DNA of 64,000 nt. Source: Octopus vulgaris (Eukaryota). The DNA lies in the NCBI GenBank assembly GCA_951406725.2, contig OX597814.1, positions 168,454,001 through 168,518,000 on the forward strand, given 5' to 3'. The translations under genes were made by a program, and so were the position numbers. Below the pieces are notes generated by a model. It ran no database searches and had not been told where the DNA came from. It was given only the letters and a program-made list of their open reading frames with translations. Of the stretch, positions 63,996 to 64,000 are shown piece after piece; the first letter of the stretch is position 1; each line of letters starts with the position of its first letter.

Positions 63996-64000
63996 AATAT

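Overview
AT-rich eukaryotic DNA that is almost entirely repeats. The SINE and microsatellite style suggests a coleoid cephalopod such as Octopus, but that is inference only. I cannot support any host protein-coding gene, and most listed ORFs are microsatellite or SINE artefacts. The largest feature is a nearly intact R4/Dong-type RT+RLE non-LTR retrotransposon (23722-27666) sitting in a (TAA)n tract, followed by a cluster of 5'-truncated relatives. Also present: an RTE LINE with a PHD finger inside its ORF and many of its (GAT)n-tailed 3' ends; remnants of CR1, Gypsy, possible DIRS, Tc1, maT/mariner, piggyBac-type MITE and Helitron elements; and dozens of tRNA-derived SINEs. Two observations stand out. 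(1) Three Penelope-like (PLE) terminal-repeat families sit in (TA)n tracts, and each carries a minimal type I hammerhead ribozyme motif: one with a canonical core and two with cores altered in the same way in every copy (CUGAUGC, CUGUNGA). A fourth such family has only a split core. (2) RTE tails are associated with inverted copies of local DNA, one of which preserves the empty pre-insertion site of the R4 element.
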